Of a stretch of 64,000 bases of DNA, positions 12,296-24,090 are shown in pieces. The number at the start of each line of letters is the position of its first letter. Within the stretch, counting starts at the first letter, position 1. The position numbers and the translations under genes are program-made. Below the pieces are notes generated by a model. That model did no database searches and was not told the origin of the DNA. It saw only the letters and a program-made list of their open reading frames with translations. The stretch is from Camelus ferus (Eukaryota): the NCBI RefSeq assembly GCF_009834535.1, contig NC_045696.1, positions 90,708,001 through 90,772,000 of the forward strand, in the 5' to 3' direction.

Positions 12296-15200
12296 AAAAA
12301 AGCAGCAATGGGAAAATAACAATATAAAGATGTCATATACTGCCTAGAGAAAGGAAGGTAGAGGAAGTTTTCAGTTTCAGGTGAAGAATATACAAAAACT
12401 GGACAAAATAAAATAATAATCCCCCAAAGAACATAACTGAATCCAGAGTGGCTACAATGCTCAATTTTTAAGTTAAAAAAAAAAAAAAAAGACATGCAAA
12501 TAAACAATTAACTGTGAATCTTGTAAGAAAAAAGGAAACAGAAGCTATAAGTAAATCAGATACTAGTTTTAGCCAAGATTTCTTGGCAGCTATTATATAT
12601 TGTTTAAATATTGAACAAAAAATAGTGTCAATGAATGAACATATAGGAAATCTCATTAGAGATATAGAAACAATATTTTTTTAAATATGAAATTCAAAAC
12701 CTTAAAGTAAATATTGTAATAAAAATTCACTAAATGAGATCAAGATAAGATAGAAAAAAGAGAAAAAAACCCACAGTAAACATAAAAGATTAATGTATCA
12801 CCCAATCTGGAGTACAAAAAGAAGAAAAAATAAATAAATAAGGACAATGAAAAGGATCTCAAGAAATCTGTGGGGCCAGAACAAGCAGTCCAACATATGT
12901 GTAAGTGGAATATCAAGAGGAAGGGAAGAAATGAATGAATTGAACATTTTAAGAAATAAGTTCCCAAATTTGGTTGAAAACATTGATTTACATAGGCAAA
13001 AAGCTCACTGAACAAGTGGGATAAACATAAAGAAAACCACTCTCACATGCATGATAGTACAACTGATAAAAGCCAAAGAACAAAAACACTTCACATAGAA
13101 GAACAATTATAAGATTATAGCTAACTTTACATCAGAAACTATGAAAGCCAGAACAATATCTGAAGTGAAGAAAGAAAAAACTGTCAAAACTGCCAATAAT
13201 TATGTATCATGAAAAACTATCATTCAAAATTGAAAGGCAAACAAAAATAACTACTGCTTGAAATAAGAAAAATGGGACAAGTTAAACAAGAATAGGATAA
13301 ATTAAAGATGCACTTTAATGGAATAAGTTAAAGATATCATCTATAGTGTTAACAACTAAAAATAATACAAGGAGATATAGCTTTAAAAACAATAAAGAAA
13401 TTTAAATGAAATACTAAAAATGATTTCAGATTACTACAGATTGAACAAAGGTGGAGCCTGGCAAATGCTGTGATTTAAGGAGTCAAGACCTGAGATTCCA
13501 TGGAGACTAAAGCAGCTAGAGGCACAAAACAGAGTACAGGAGAGAGTACCACAGAGACAGAACTGTGAAAGACCAAGAATCCCCCTTTGTATAGTCAGCA
13601 AAGTACTAATTAGTACACGCCTGTAATGAAAGAAGACACATCCCAAAGAACTGGAGATTAGAGCCTGGTGCTCACACAAAGTGGGAAAGAATGTTCCAAA
13701 AAACCAGACGAGAAAAACTCATAACACACAAAGCTTTGCTTAGAATACCCAGCATGTTTATACCTTAGTTGTGGAGGTAGACTACATGCTTCTTCAGTTC
13801 CACCTAAGAAATCATAATAGCAAGAAGACCAAATTGTCTCCAACTAACTTAAATGCATCCCAGAGCAAAGCTTAAAAACATTTATAGGATTGAAAAAATA
13901 TCCAGGCAAATCCAGAACTATGGTTGGAGACTTCAATTCCACTCTCTCAATATTTGATAAAACAAGTAGAGAGGAAATCAGCAGGGACTTAATAGACATG
14001 ACTACACTATCAACCAACTCAACCCAATTGACAATTACAGAATTCCACATGAAAGAACAAGCAGAATACGCAGTGTTTTTCAAAAAATTCACTAAAATAG
14101 AGCATATTCTGAGCCACTGATGTCTCAATAAATTTAAAAAGACTTACTAAAGCATACAAAGTATGCTCCTTGGCACAATGAAAGTAAATTAAAAATGGGT
14201 TAAAAGAGCTGTCTAGAACAATTTCAGAATATCTGGAAACTAAATACCATACTTTTAAAATAACCTATGGTCAAAGAATAAATTAAATTAAATTAAAAAA
14301 TTAAAAATTAGTTGAACTGAATGAAAATGAAAGTACAACATGTAAGAATCTGTGGGTGCTACTAAAGGAGAAGATATTTAGCATTAAGTACATAGAGGAG
14401 AAAAGATAAAAGGCCTAAAATCAATGACCTCAGGCTATATCTTAAGAAACTTAAAAAAAAATTAAACCCAGCATAAGCAATGAAAATAATAATAACTGTA
14501 TGGTTCAATGTGGAAAGCAATTAAACAGAAAACATAAAAACAATAGAGGAAATCAATGAACCTAAAAGCTGGTTCTTTGCAAATAATCCATAAAACTGAC
14601 AAACCCCTAGCCAGACTGATGTGGGAAAAAAAAAGAGAGAAGACAGAAATTATCAATATCAGGAATAAAAGACACAACAACATTACAGATTCTACATATA
14701 TTAAGAGGATAAAAATACTACAAACAGCTTTCTATCTATACATTCAACACCTTAGGTGGAATAAACCAATCGCATGAAAGACAAAACTACCAAAGCTCAC
14801 TCAAGAAGAAACAGATAACCTGAGTAACAGTATTTTTCTAATTTGTTTAATAATTACCAAAGAAATTAAATTTTTAGTTAAAAACTTTTCCACAAAGATA
14901 AATCCAGGCCCTAATGGCTTCACTCCTGAACTTTATCAAATACATAAGAAATAATACCAATTCTATACAAACTCTTCCAGAAAACTGAAAAATAAATATT
15001 ACTTCCCAACTTATTCTTTGAAGCCAGAATTACCCTGATACCAAACGCAGAAAAAGAAAATTGAAAGAAAATAAAACTGCAGACCAATATTCCTTACTGA
15101 AAACAGATGCAAAAATTATAAACATAATTTCAGCAAATCAAATGCAACAATATACAAAAAAGATAATGCATCATGACTATGTGAAGTTTTCTATTTGAAA

Positions 15201-15948
15201 ATCAATACTGTAATTCACCATATTAACAATTAGATAAGAAAAAAATATGATTCATCTCAGTAATCACAAAAACAGCACTTGACAAAATCCAACATTTACC
15301 CCTAAAAAAATTATCAGCAAACTAGGACTAGAAAGGCACTTCCGTAACCTTATAAAAGGCATTTACCAAAATCTACCAGCTAACATCATATATAACGGTG
15401 AAAAAGAATGAATGTTATTGACTAAGATCAGAAACAAAACAAGAATGTCCAATCTTGCCACTTCTATTCAACACTGTAATGGAGGCTCTAGCGTGAGCAA
15501 TCAGGCAAGAAAAAGAAATAAAAAACATCTTCATTGGAAATAAGTAAAACTGTTTTTTATTGCAGACAACATGATCACCTATGCAGAAAATCTGAAAGAT
15601 ATCTATTAAAAAACTATAAAAACTAGAATGATAAGTTTAATGAGGTGGCAGAATATAAGATCAATACACAAAATTCAATTATTATTTCTCTATACCAAAA
15701 ACAATCAGAAATTGGAAAAATATATTTGCGTAACACTTGCAATATCATCAAAAATATGAAGTATTTCAGAATATGAAAAAAAAAACTATCAGAGAAGCCT
15801 ACACTGTAAGCTACAAAACACCCCCTGAGACCTCAATAAATGGAGAAATGTATCTTGTTAATAGGTCAGAAGACTCAATATTATCGAGATGTTAATTCTC
15901 CCCAAGTTGATCTATAGATTCAATGTAAATCCCAATCAAAATATATGC

Positions 15949-16948
15949 AGAAATAAACCCACACCTGCAGTCAATTAATCTTCAACAAGAGGCAAGAATA
16001 TACAATGGAAAAAAGATAGTCTCTTCAGCAATTGGTGTTGGGGAAGCTGAACAGCCACATGTATACCAATGAAATTAGAACACTCCCTCACATCATACAC
16101 AAAAATAAACTCAAAATAGCTTAAAGACTTAAATATAACACAAGACACTATAAACCTCCTAGAAGAAAACATAGGCAAAACATTTTCTTAGCAGTGTTCT
16201 GCTAGGGCAGTCTACCCAGGCAATAGAAATAAAGCAAAAATAAACAAGTGGGACCTAATCAAACATATAAGCTTTTGCAGAGCAAAAGAAACTATAAACA
16301 AAACTTTTAAAAAGACAACCTATGCAATGAAAGAAAATATTTGCAAACATGCAACTGACAAGGACTTAATTTCCAGAATACACAAACAGCTCATACAACT
16401 CAATAACAACAAAAACAACAACAACAAAAAAGCCCAATTAATAAAGAGGCAGAAGACCTAAAAAAGCATTGCTCCAATAAAGACATACAAATAGCCAATA
16501 GACGCATTTTGAAAAGATGTTCAATATTGCTAATCATCAAAGAAATGTAAATCAAAACTACATTGAGATATCACCTCACACCAGTCAGAATAGCCATCAT
16601 TAAAAAAGTCCACAAATGATAAATGTTGGAGAGAGTGTGGAGAAAAGGGAACCCTCCTACACTGTTGGTGGGAATGTAGTTTGGTGTAGCCATTATGGAA
16701 AACAGTACGAAGATTCCTTAAAAAAATAAAAATAGACTTACCAGCAATCCCACTCCTGGGCATGTATCTGGAGGAAATTCTAATTTAAAAAGTTACATAC
16801 ACTCCAATGTTCACAGCAGCACTATTTACAACAGTCAAGATGTGGAAGCAAAGTAAATACCCATCAACAGGTGACTAGATAAAGAAATTGTGGTATGTGT
16901 AGATGGATGGATGGATGGATGGATAGATAGATAGATAGGTAGATAGAT

Positions 16949-16984
<36 letters not shown>

Positions 16985-17476
16985 TAGTACATAATACTAC
17001 TGAGCCATAAAAAAGAATGAAATAATGCCATTTGCAGCAACACAGATGGACCTGGAGATCATCAGATCATCATACCAAGTGAAGCAAGCCAGAAAGAGAA
17101 AGAAAAATAACATATGGTATCACTTATATGTGGAATATAAAAAAAAGGATACAAATGAATTTATTTACAGAACAGAGACAGACTCACAGACACAAAACAA
17201 ACTTATGGTTACCATGGTGGGAAGGGCTGGAGAGGGATAAACTGGGAGTTTGGGATTTGCAGATACTAACTACTATATATAAAACAGCTCAGAAACAGAA
17301 ACAGTAAGTTTCTTCTCTATAGCACAGGGAACTATATTCAATATATTCAACTATATTCTTGTAATAGCCTATAATGAAAAAGAATATATATATAGCATAT
17401 ATATCTGAATCACTATGCTCAAATTAACACAACAGTGTAAATCGACTATACTTCAATAAGAAAAAGTAAAACAATA
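15949..17476 (+). mobile_element. 5'-truncated intermediate-age L1 (ORF2 C-terminus plus 3'UTR) nested in the older L1M
   Basis: Decayed ORF2 C-terminal sequence (aaatgttggagagagtgtggagaaaagggaaccctcctacactgttggtggg; MPFAATQMDLE). 3'UTR ends cttcaataagaaaaag. Degenerate TSD aaatatatgca / aaatactgca, with the host L1 continuing on both sides. Confidence 0.8.
16902..16985. repeat. Compound (GATG)n(GATA)n(GACA)n microsatellite
   Basis: Directly visible inside the nested L1. Confidence 0.95.
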
Positions 17477-18982
17477 CAAATACTGCACTTTGTAGAAATT
17501 GAGAAGATGATTACAAAATTCATACAGTAATACTAAGGACCTAAGATAGCAAAAACACGTTTGAAAAGGGAATGAAGTTAGAAGGCTGTGACTACATGAT
17601 GTAACTACATGCAAAGTATTATAATGCTACAATAATCAAAACAGTGTGGTACTGGCATCAGGATGAACAAGTATTTCGGTGGACACAATAGAATGTCCAG
17701 AAACAGAGCTATACATTTGTGGGCAACTGATTTTATTACAAAAATACAAAGATAATTCAATAAAGAAAAGATAGTCCCATCAGAAAGGGATGCTGGAAAT
17801 ACTGAATTTTCAATACGCAAAAAGCAAAATGAAAAGAAAAAATGAACTTCAATCCATAACTCATACTGTATTCAAACTTTATCTCAAAATAGATCACAGA
17901 CCTAAATGTAAAGCCTAAAGCTATAAAACTGGTAGAAGAAAACAGAAGAAAACTTTTGTGTCCTTTGGTTAGGCAAAGATTTCTTAAAGCAATACCAAAA
18001 ACATGATCTATAAAAGCAAATATTTCTTAGATCAATATCAAAAGCATGATCTATAAAAGAACAAATGAATAAACTGAACTTCGTCAAAATTAAAAACTTC
18101 TATCCTTCAAAAGGCACTCCTAGTAAATGAAAGAAAAGCTATAGCAAACATCTAAGAGAGTACCTGAATCTAGAACATACAAAGAACTCTCCAAACTTAA
18201 TAAGGAAATAACCACATACAGAAAACGAGCAAAAGATGGGAACAGATATTTCAACAAGAAATTCATAGAGGTGGCCAATAAGAACAAGAAAAATTGTCAA
18301 CTCGATTAATTATCAGGGAAATGTAAATTAAAACCACAGTGAGGTACCACTACATATCTATTGGAACGTCTAAAATTAAAGACTAACCACATACCTAGTT
18401 TTGATGAGGATGTGGAGTAACTGGAACATTCATGCACTGCTGGCAGATTGTATAATGTACAATCACTTTGGAAAAAAGTTTGTCAATTTCTTAAAAGCGT
18501 AAGCATAAACCTACCATATGATCCAGCCATTCTACTGCCAAAAGAAATCAAAGTATATGTCCAGAAAAAGACTTGTACATGAATTTTCATAGCAGCTTGT
18601 TTTATAATAGCCAAAAACTGGAAACAACCTAAATATCCAAGAGATGACAGAGAAAACAAATTGTTTCACAGACATACAATCAAATACTATTCAGCACTAA
18701 AGAAAAAATGACACATGAAACAACACAGATGAATCTCAGAACAATTAAGGAGCCAGACAAAACGAATATACACTGTATGACAACATTTATAAAAAGCTTG
18801 AGAAAATGCAAACTAAAGTGACAGTAAAAGTAGGAGGAAGGACAAGTAGAGGGGGAAGAAGGGACTGATTACAAAGGATCATGAGGAAGCCTTCAGTGAT
18901 GAAGGACAGATTCACTATCTTGACTGTTATGATAGAGTCACAGGTACATACACAAACCCAAACATATTAAATTGCATACTTT

Positions 18983-19105
18983 ATCTATTTTTCAGGGGGG
19001 AACATAATTATGTTTACTTATTTTTTAGAGGAGTTACTGGGGATTGAACCCAAGACCTCGTACATGCTAAGCATGCATTCTACCACTTCAGCTACACCAT
19101 CCCCC
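18983..19105 (-). mobile_element. tRNA-Ala-derived SINE, Vic-1 (Camelidae) type
   Basis: Minus strand reads GGGGATGGTGTAGCTGAAGTGGTAGAATGCATGCTTAGCATGTACGAGGTCTTGGGTTCAATCCCCAG (A box, B box GGTTCAATCC), then an AT-rich tail with a C-run. TSD aaattgcatacttt (18969-18982) / aaactgcataacttt (19109-19123). Confidence 0.85.
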
Positions 19106-19124
19106 TCCAAACTGCATAACTTTG

Positions 19125-19810
19125 AACAAAGAAAAGATGCTCAACATTATCTAACATCAGAGAAATAAAAATTAAAACATAGCAGGATACACATGCAAAT
19201 CCATTAGAATGGGCAAAATTTAAAAGAACAATATCAACTGTTGATAAGGCTCTGGAAAAACTTGAAATCTCATACACCAGTCTTGTAAATGTAAGATGAT
19301 AAAACCCCTTTAGAAAACTGTTTGGCAGATTTTGAAAAAGTTAAATCTCAATCTTCCAAACAAGCCAGACTTTCACTTTCCAGGTAAAGAGAACATATAT
19401 CTACTTAAAGAACTTTATATGAATGCTCATAACAGCTTTAGTAATAGCCAAAAATGGGAAACAACTCAAATATCTATCAACAGATTGTGAAAACAAAATG
19501 TGACAGATTTATATAATAGAATATTACTCATCATCCAAAAGGAACTAACTGCTAATATATCCAACATCATAGATAAATCACAAAATCATAATGCTGAGAG
19601 AAGAAAAGCCAGAAACAAAAGAGTACATACTGTGTATTTCATTTATATAAAATTCTAGAAAATATAAACTAATTTACAGTGGCAGAAAACACATTATAAG
19701 TTGCCTGGATCTGTAGTGGAGTGGAAGATGGACTACAGAGGGGCAAGGAGAAATGTTTGTGGGTGATGGAAATATTCACTACCTTGATGTGATGGTGGTT
19801 GTATGAGTGT
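19125..19810 (+). mobile_element. Ancient L1 (L1ME-type) ORF2 end and 3'UTR fragment
   Basis: aaaagatgctcaacattatc, aatagccaaaaatgggaaacaactcaaatatctatcaacag and gagtacatactgtgtatttcatttatataaaattctagaaa. Confidence 0.75.
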
Positions 19811-20129
19811 ATACCACATTGGTTTTCAATTATTCTTCTAGCATTCTGAGATCTGCAATATTAACAAAAGTAGTTTACTCTCTTGATTTTTCTCAAAGAC
19901 TTATCATTGGCATTTTTGATGGCCAAATTTGTTTGTTGAATGGGCTATCTTGTACACTGTTAAGACAGAGTACCCCTATTTTTGCTCCCCAGCCACTACG
20001 ATCCTAAAAATTCCATCATATATTTCTAAATAGGCCTAAATGTGCCAGTTCAACAGTGATAAACGAAAGCCTAATAAACTTTTAATTATCAAATTTGGTA
20101 CCTTCTGTAAAATGACAATGATCAAGAAA

Positions 20130-20382
20130 TAAAGTCAGTAGCAACTAGATCTATAAGATGAGAACACAATCCAAGAGTTCTTGTCCTTAAAGCAGTAATT
20201 CTTTTAGCATTTTTACTTTTTACTTAAATCCTCTATCAAGTAGAGTACTCAGTAAAGTCAATAGCAACTAGATCTATAAGATGAGAACACAATCCAAGAG
20301 TTCTTGTCCTTAAAGCAGTAATTCTTTTAGCATTTTTACTTTTTACTTAAATCCTCTATCAAGTAGAGTACTCAGTAAAGTC
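20130..20382. repeat. Near-perfect 123-bp tandem duplication (2 copies)
   Basis: 20130-20252 and 20253-20375 differ at one position by eye (20138 g / 20261 a). TAAAGTC occurs at 20130, 20253 and 20376. Confidence 0.97.
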
Positions 20383-20699
20383 TAAATAGAAAGAAATCTT
20401 CCTTATTCACTTCCCACTCTTCATCGAAGGTGATACTAAAACCAATCAAATAAGGAAAGAAACTAAATGCTGCACAACATACACTGCTTATTACTATAAC
20501 AAAAGAAATATACTTTCTAATTTTAAAACTACATATTCCATAAGGAACAATGACTTGAGCACTGTCAAAAGAATTACGCAGTATCCGGTGTGGCATATAT
20601 AAAAGAGAATGAGATTTAGAGTTGGAGAGAAGGAAGAGAAATTCTAGACAAATGAGCTCTGCATAATCTAGCACAAAATGTCAACTTCAAAAACGACAC

Positions 20700-22644
20700 A
20701 GATGCTTGTCATTCTGTTACCCTTTCATAAAGAATACATAAAAAGGAAATGAGATGTGAACAGGGGACAATAAACAGTACTAATATTTAAAAGAGTGAGG
20801 GGGATAGAGCTACCTACCAATGCTGCGGAGATTTAAAATTAATGAGAATATCATGCCAATAAGTTTGTAAATTCAAAACAAATTTGTCTGACAGACACAT
20901 TTCTGTAATGAAATCTTACAGTAAGAAATTGATTTAAGATGAGGTAGAAAGCCTTCATAGTCCTATAATCATCAAAAGAAACCTGAATAAGTAGTTAAAA
21001 ACCCCTCACAATGGAAACACTAGGCCTAAATTTTATTATAGGCTAGTTCTACATATTCAAGGATATATAATTCAAGGAATATAGAATTTCAATCCTACAC
21101 AAACTTTTCTCAAGAAAAAAAAATGAAGAGCTATTCAACATTACGTTTTTTAATTGACTTAATTTTAGAGTAGTTTTAGGTTCACAACAAAATTGAATGA
21201 AAGGCACAAAGATTTCCCACATACCTCCTGCGCCCACACATACACAGCCTCCCCCACTACCAATATTCCCTGCCAGAGTTCCCCATTACATTTTACAAGA
21301 CTAGTATAACTTTGATACTAATATGGGGGCAAGAAAAATTACAGGCAAATCTCATTCAGGAACAAAGATAAAAATACTAATAAACAAACAAGCAAACCAA
21401 ACCTAGTAACATATAGAAAAAGACAATAAATTGAGTAAGTTAAATTCACCTAAGGAATGCAAGGACAGATTAACAATGGAAAATCAGTTCATCTTATTTA
21501 CCACACTCCCAGATTAAAAGAGAAAAACTATAAAATAATTTCAATTGATGTAAAAAGGTTGATAAAAATAAAGTATGTAAATAAATGATTTCTAAAAAAT
21601 TTTATCCAACTAGGAACAGAAGGAAACCTTGTTAAACAGGAAATGTTATGTACAAAAAAATAAGAGTAAAGTTATACTCAATGGAAAAATATTAAATTCC
21701 CATTCAAATCCCAAATAGGACAAAAGATACTAGGAATAAATATAATAAATACATAAGGTAGATAGGCATAAATTCAGCAAAACATTTGCCACACCTTTAC
21801 AGAAGAAAACAATTGTTTTTCTACTGAGAAGTTTTTATGTCCTAAATAAATGAAGAAGTATGTTATGTCCATGGATGGTAAATACAGTATCTCATAGATG
21901 CGAATTCCCACCAAACATATCTATAGATTCAGTGCAATTACAATCAAGCTACTAACAAGAAAAAAATTAGCATATAGGAATTCAAATTACAAAAATTACT
22001 CATCCTAAACACTGTTAAGAAATAAATAGACAAGCCATAGACTGGGAGCAATATTCACAATATACATCTGACACAGGAATTAAACCTAGAATATATAAGA
22101 AATTCTAATGATTCAATAACAAAAGGATTAATGATCTTTTTTGAAAAATAGATAAAAGGTTCAAATATTTTACAAGAGAAAATATACAAATGGCCAATAA
22201 GCATATAAAAAAGTATTTAACATCATTAGTCATCAGAAAAATGCTAGTTAAAATTCACAATAAGATACTACTTTAAATCCATTCAAATAGCTGGAATTCA
22301 AAGGTCTGATAACAGTCTGTGTTGGCAAAGATGTGTAAAAACTGAAACTTCTTGCTGGAATATACATTGTTTGTGGAAATGTAAACTAAGAGAACAACCG
22401 TGCAAAACCATTTTGCAGTTAAACATACACCTATCACACAATCCACCTATTCCATTGCTAGCTATTTACTCCAAAGAAATGAAAACATTTGTCCCTTTAG
22501 AAACATGTACACAAATGTTCATTGTTGCTGTACTCTCAAAATACAAAAACTCAGTTTGGTATTTACCCAAAAAGAGATGAAAACATGTGTTCCACAAAGA
22601 TTTTTACAAGAAAGTCCATGGCAGCTTTATTCATAACAGCTCTG

Positions 22645-22675
<31 letters not shown>

Positions 22676-23045
22676 CCCAAATATCCTTCAATAGAATGAA
22701 TTGTGGTACATTCATAAAATGGAATACTAGTCAGCAATAAAAGGAACAAACTACTAATACATGTAACAACGTGAATAAATCCCAAAAACATACTGAGCAA
22801 AAGAAGTCAGATACAAAAGAGTACATACTATACAATTCCATTTATGTAACATTCAAGAACTAATCTATTGCAAATGAAATTGAAACACTGGTTGCATCTG
22901 GAGAGAGAAGGCCAGGGACTGAGAAGTACAAGAAAATTTTTTAAAAGAACGAAGGGTAGGTTACATGAGTGAATGCTTTTATTTACTGAATTCTATATAT
23001 AAGAGATGTATATTTTATTGTATAAAAATTACACCTCAAGAAAAA
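20700..23045 (+). mobile_element. Ancient fragmented L1M ORF2 plus 3' end, containing a short minus-strand L1 3'-end insert at ~21147-21278
   Basis: Decayed ORF2 motifs (ctatagattcagtgcaattacaatc; aaatggccaataagcatataaaaaagt). 3'UTR aaaagaagtcagatacaaaagagtacatact. The insert reads gtagttttaggttcacaacaaaattgaatgaaaggcacaaagatttccc. Confidence 0.7.
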
Positions 23046-23498
23046 TTTACCTTATATTTTTAAAAAATCATGTAATAACAATAGTCTGGATCTTAAATAT
23101 TAAATTATATTATCAAAAATAAAAGAGACAGAGAAGGGTAGACATCACTAAACTCTTTTGACCTATTACTATAGCTAATTAAACTAACAAATTTTACAAA
23201 ATTGAACCATCTTTGTATTCCTGGAATAAGCCACATTTAACTCCTACTTTATTTTTTTAACTCACTGATGGATTTGATGATAAAGTTCTATTTATACTTT
23301 TTAAATGATTTTTATAAAATCAAGAACATTATTTTAAAACCATTTCATGCACATCATATAATAAAGCAAATAATTATGCTAATGTTACCAGAAATATATT
23401 CACTGAAAAAGAAAAAATATATAAATTAAACCTTATGTAAAAATTCTGTAACATTAAATTTTATTTTAAAATATTAATATGAATTCATGATTCAGTAC

Positions 23499-23662
23499 AC
23501 CATATTTCATTGATTCTAAGATGCACAGTTTTGTACCCCATGTTAACATAGCTGTAATGAGGATGCATTTTACATTAGATGGTGTTTTAAAATCGCAATT
23601 TTTCATTTCTTAGTAGTATATAAAATTACAATTGACCACATCTTAGTTCGAAAAAAACACAG
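23499..23662 (+). mobile_element. MER104-like TcMar-Tc2 MITE
   Basis: ccatatttcattgattctaagatgcac at the left and degenerate inverted end catcttagttcgaaaaaaacacag at the right. Confidence 0.65.
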
Positions 23663-23704
23663 CATGTTTTTTAACTAAAGAAATGACATCCCTAGTAACA
23701 CTAC

Positions 23705-24090
23705 CAGCATCATATTTTGATTTCTAAATACCATTTCTGACTAAAGGGAGCCATGGTTACTTGGATAAGTGGCTGATTCCAAGGTCTAGGATGAAAAGAA
23801 AAAAAAAAAAAAAAGATTGGGACAGAATGTAAAGAATCATTTTTAAACTAATGGAGTCATGTATAGGACACAGGAGCCTATCTGAAGTAGATTCCCACTG
23901 ATCAAACTTGCTACAGTTTGAGTCACAAAAAACAACCCAACAAAAACCACTGAAACATGTTAAATAAAAACTCCATGAATCATGGTGATAACTCAAAAAG
24001 GATAAAGCACAAAGCAAAAGAAAAATAACTGACTGCTGCTCGAGGAGACCATTATACTAACTCCTCATTTTGAAAACTGTTTCTATAATG
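23705..24090 (+). mobile_element. L1MC4-like 3' region fragment
   Basis: attttgatttctaaataccat, ggctgattccaaggtct and ggacacaggagcc...ttcccactg resemble the recalled L1MC4 3' region. Confidence 0.5.

Larger units (their letters stand above)
8315..18990 (+). mobile_element. Ancient near-full-length L1M fossil (5' region, ORF1 remnant, ORF2 remnant, L1MC-like 3' end) interrupted by nested insertions
   Basis: ORF1-like remnants at ~12500-13250. Endonuclease remnant TMVGDFNSTLSIFDKTSR (ORF 13890-14120). Linker/RT remnants such as KTDKPLARL (ORF 14556-14777). ORF2 breaks at ~15948, resumes at ~17478 (tttgtagaaattgagaagatgattacaaaattc) and runs to a 3'UTR at ~18980. Confidence 0.8.

Noticed and set aside
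19030..19105. tRNA-Ala-like sequence as a tRNA gene
   Set aside because: It has a SINE tail and TSD and degenerate stems, so it is a SINE head.
20130..20382. CRISPR-like or regulatory repeat array
   Set aside because: Only two adjacent copies with no spacers, in a mammalian context.
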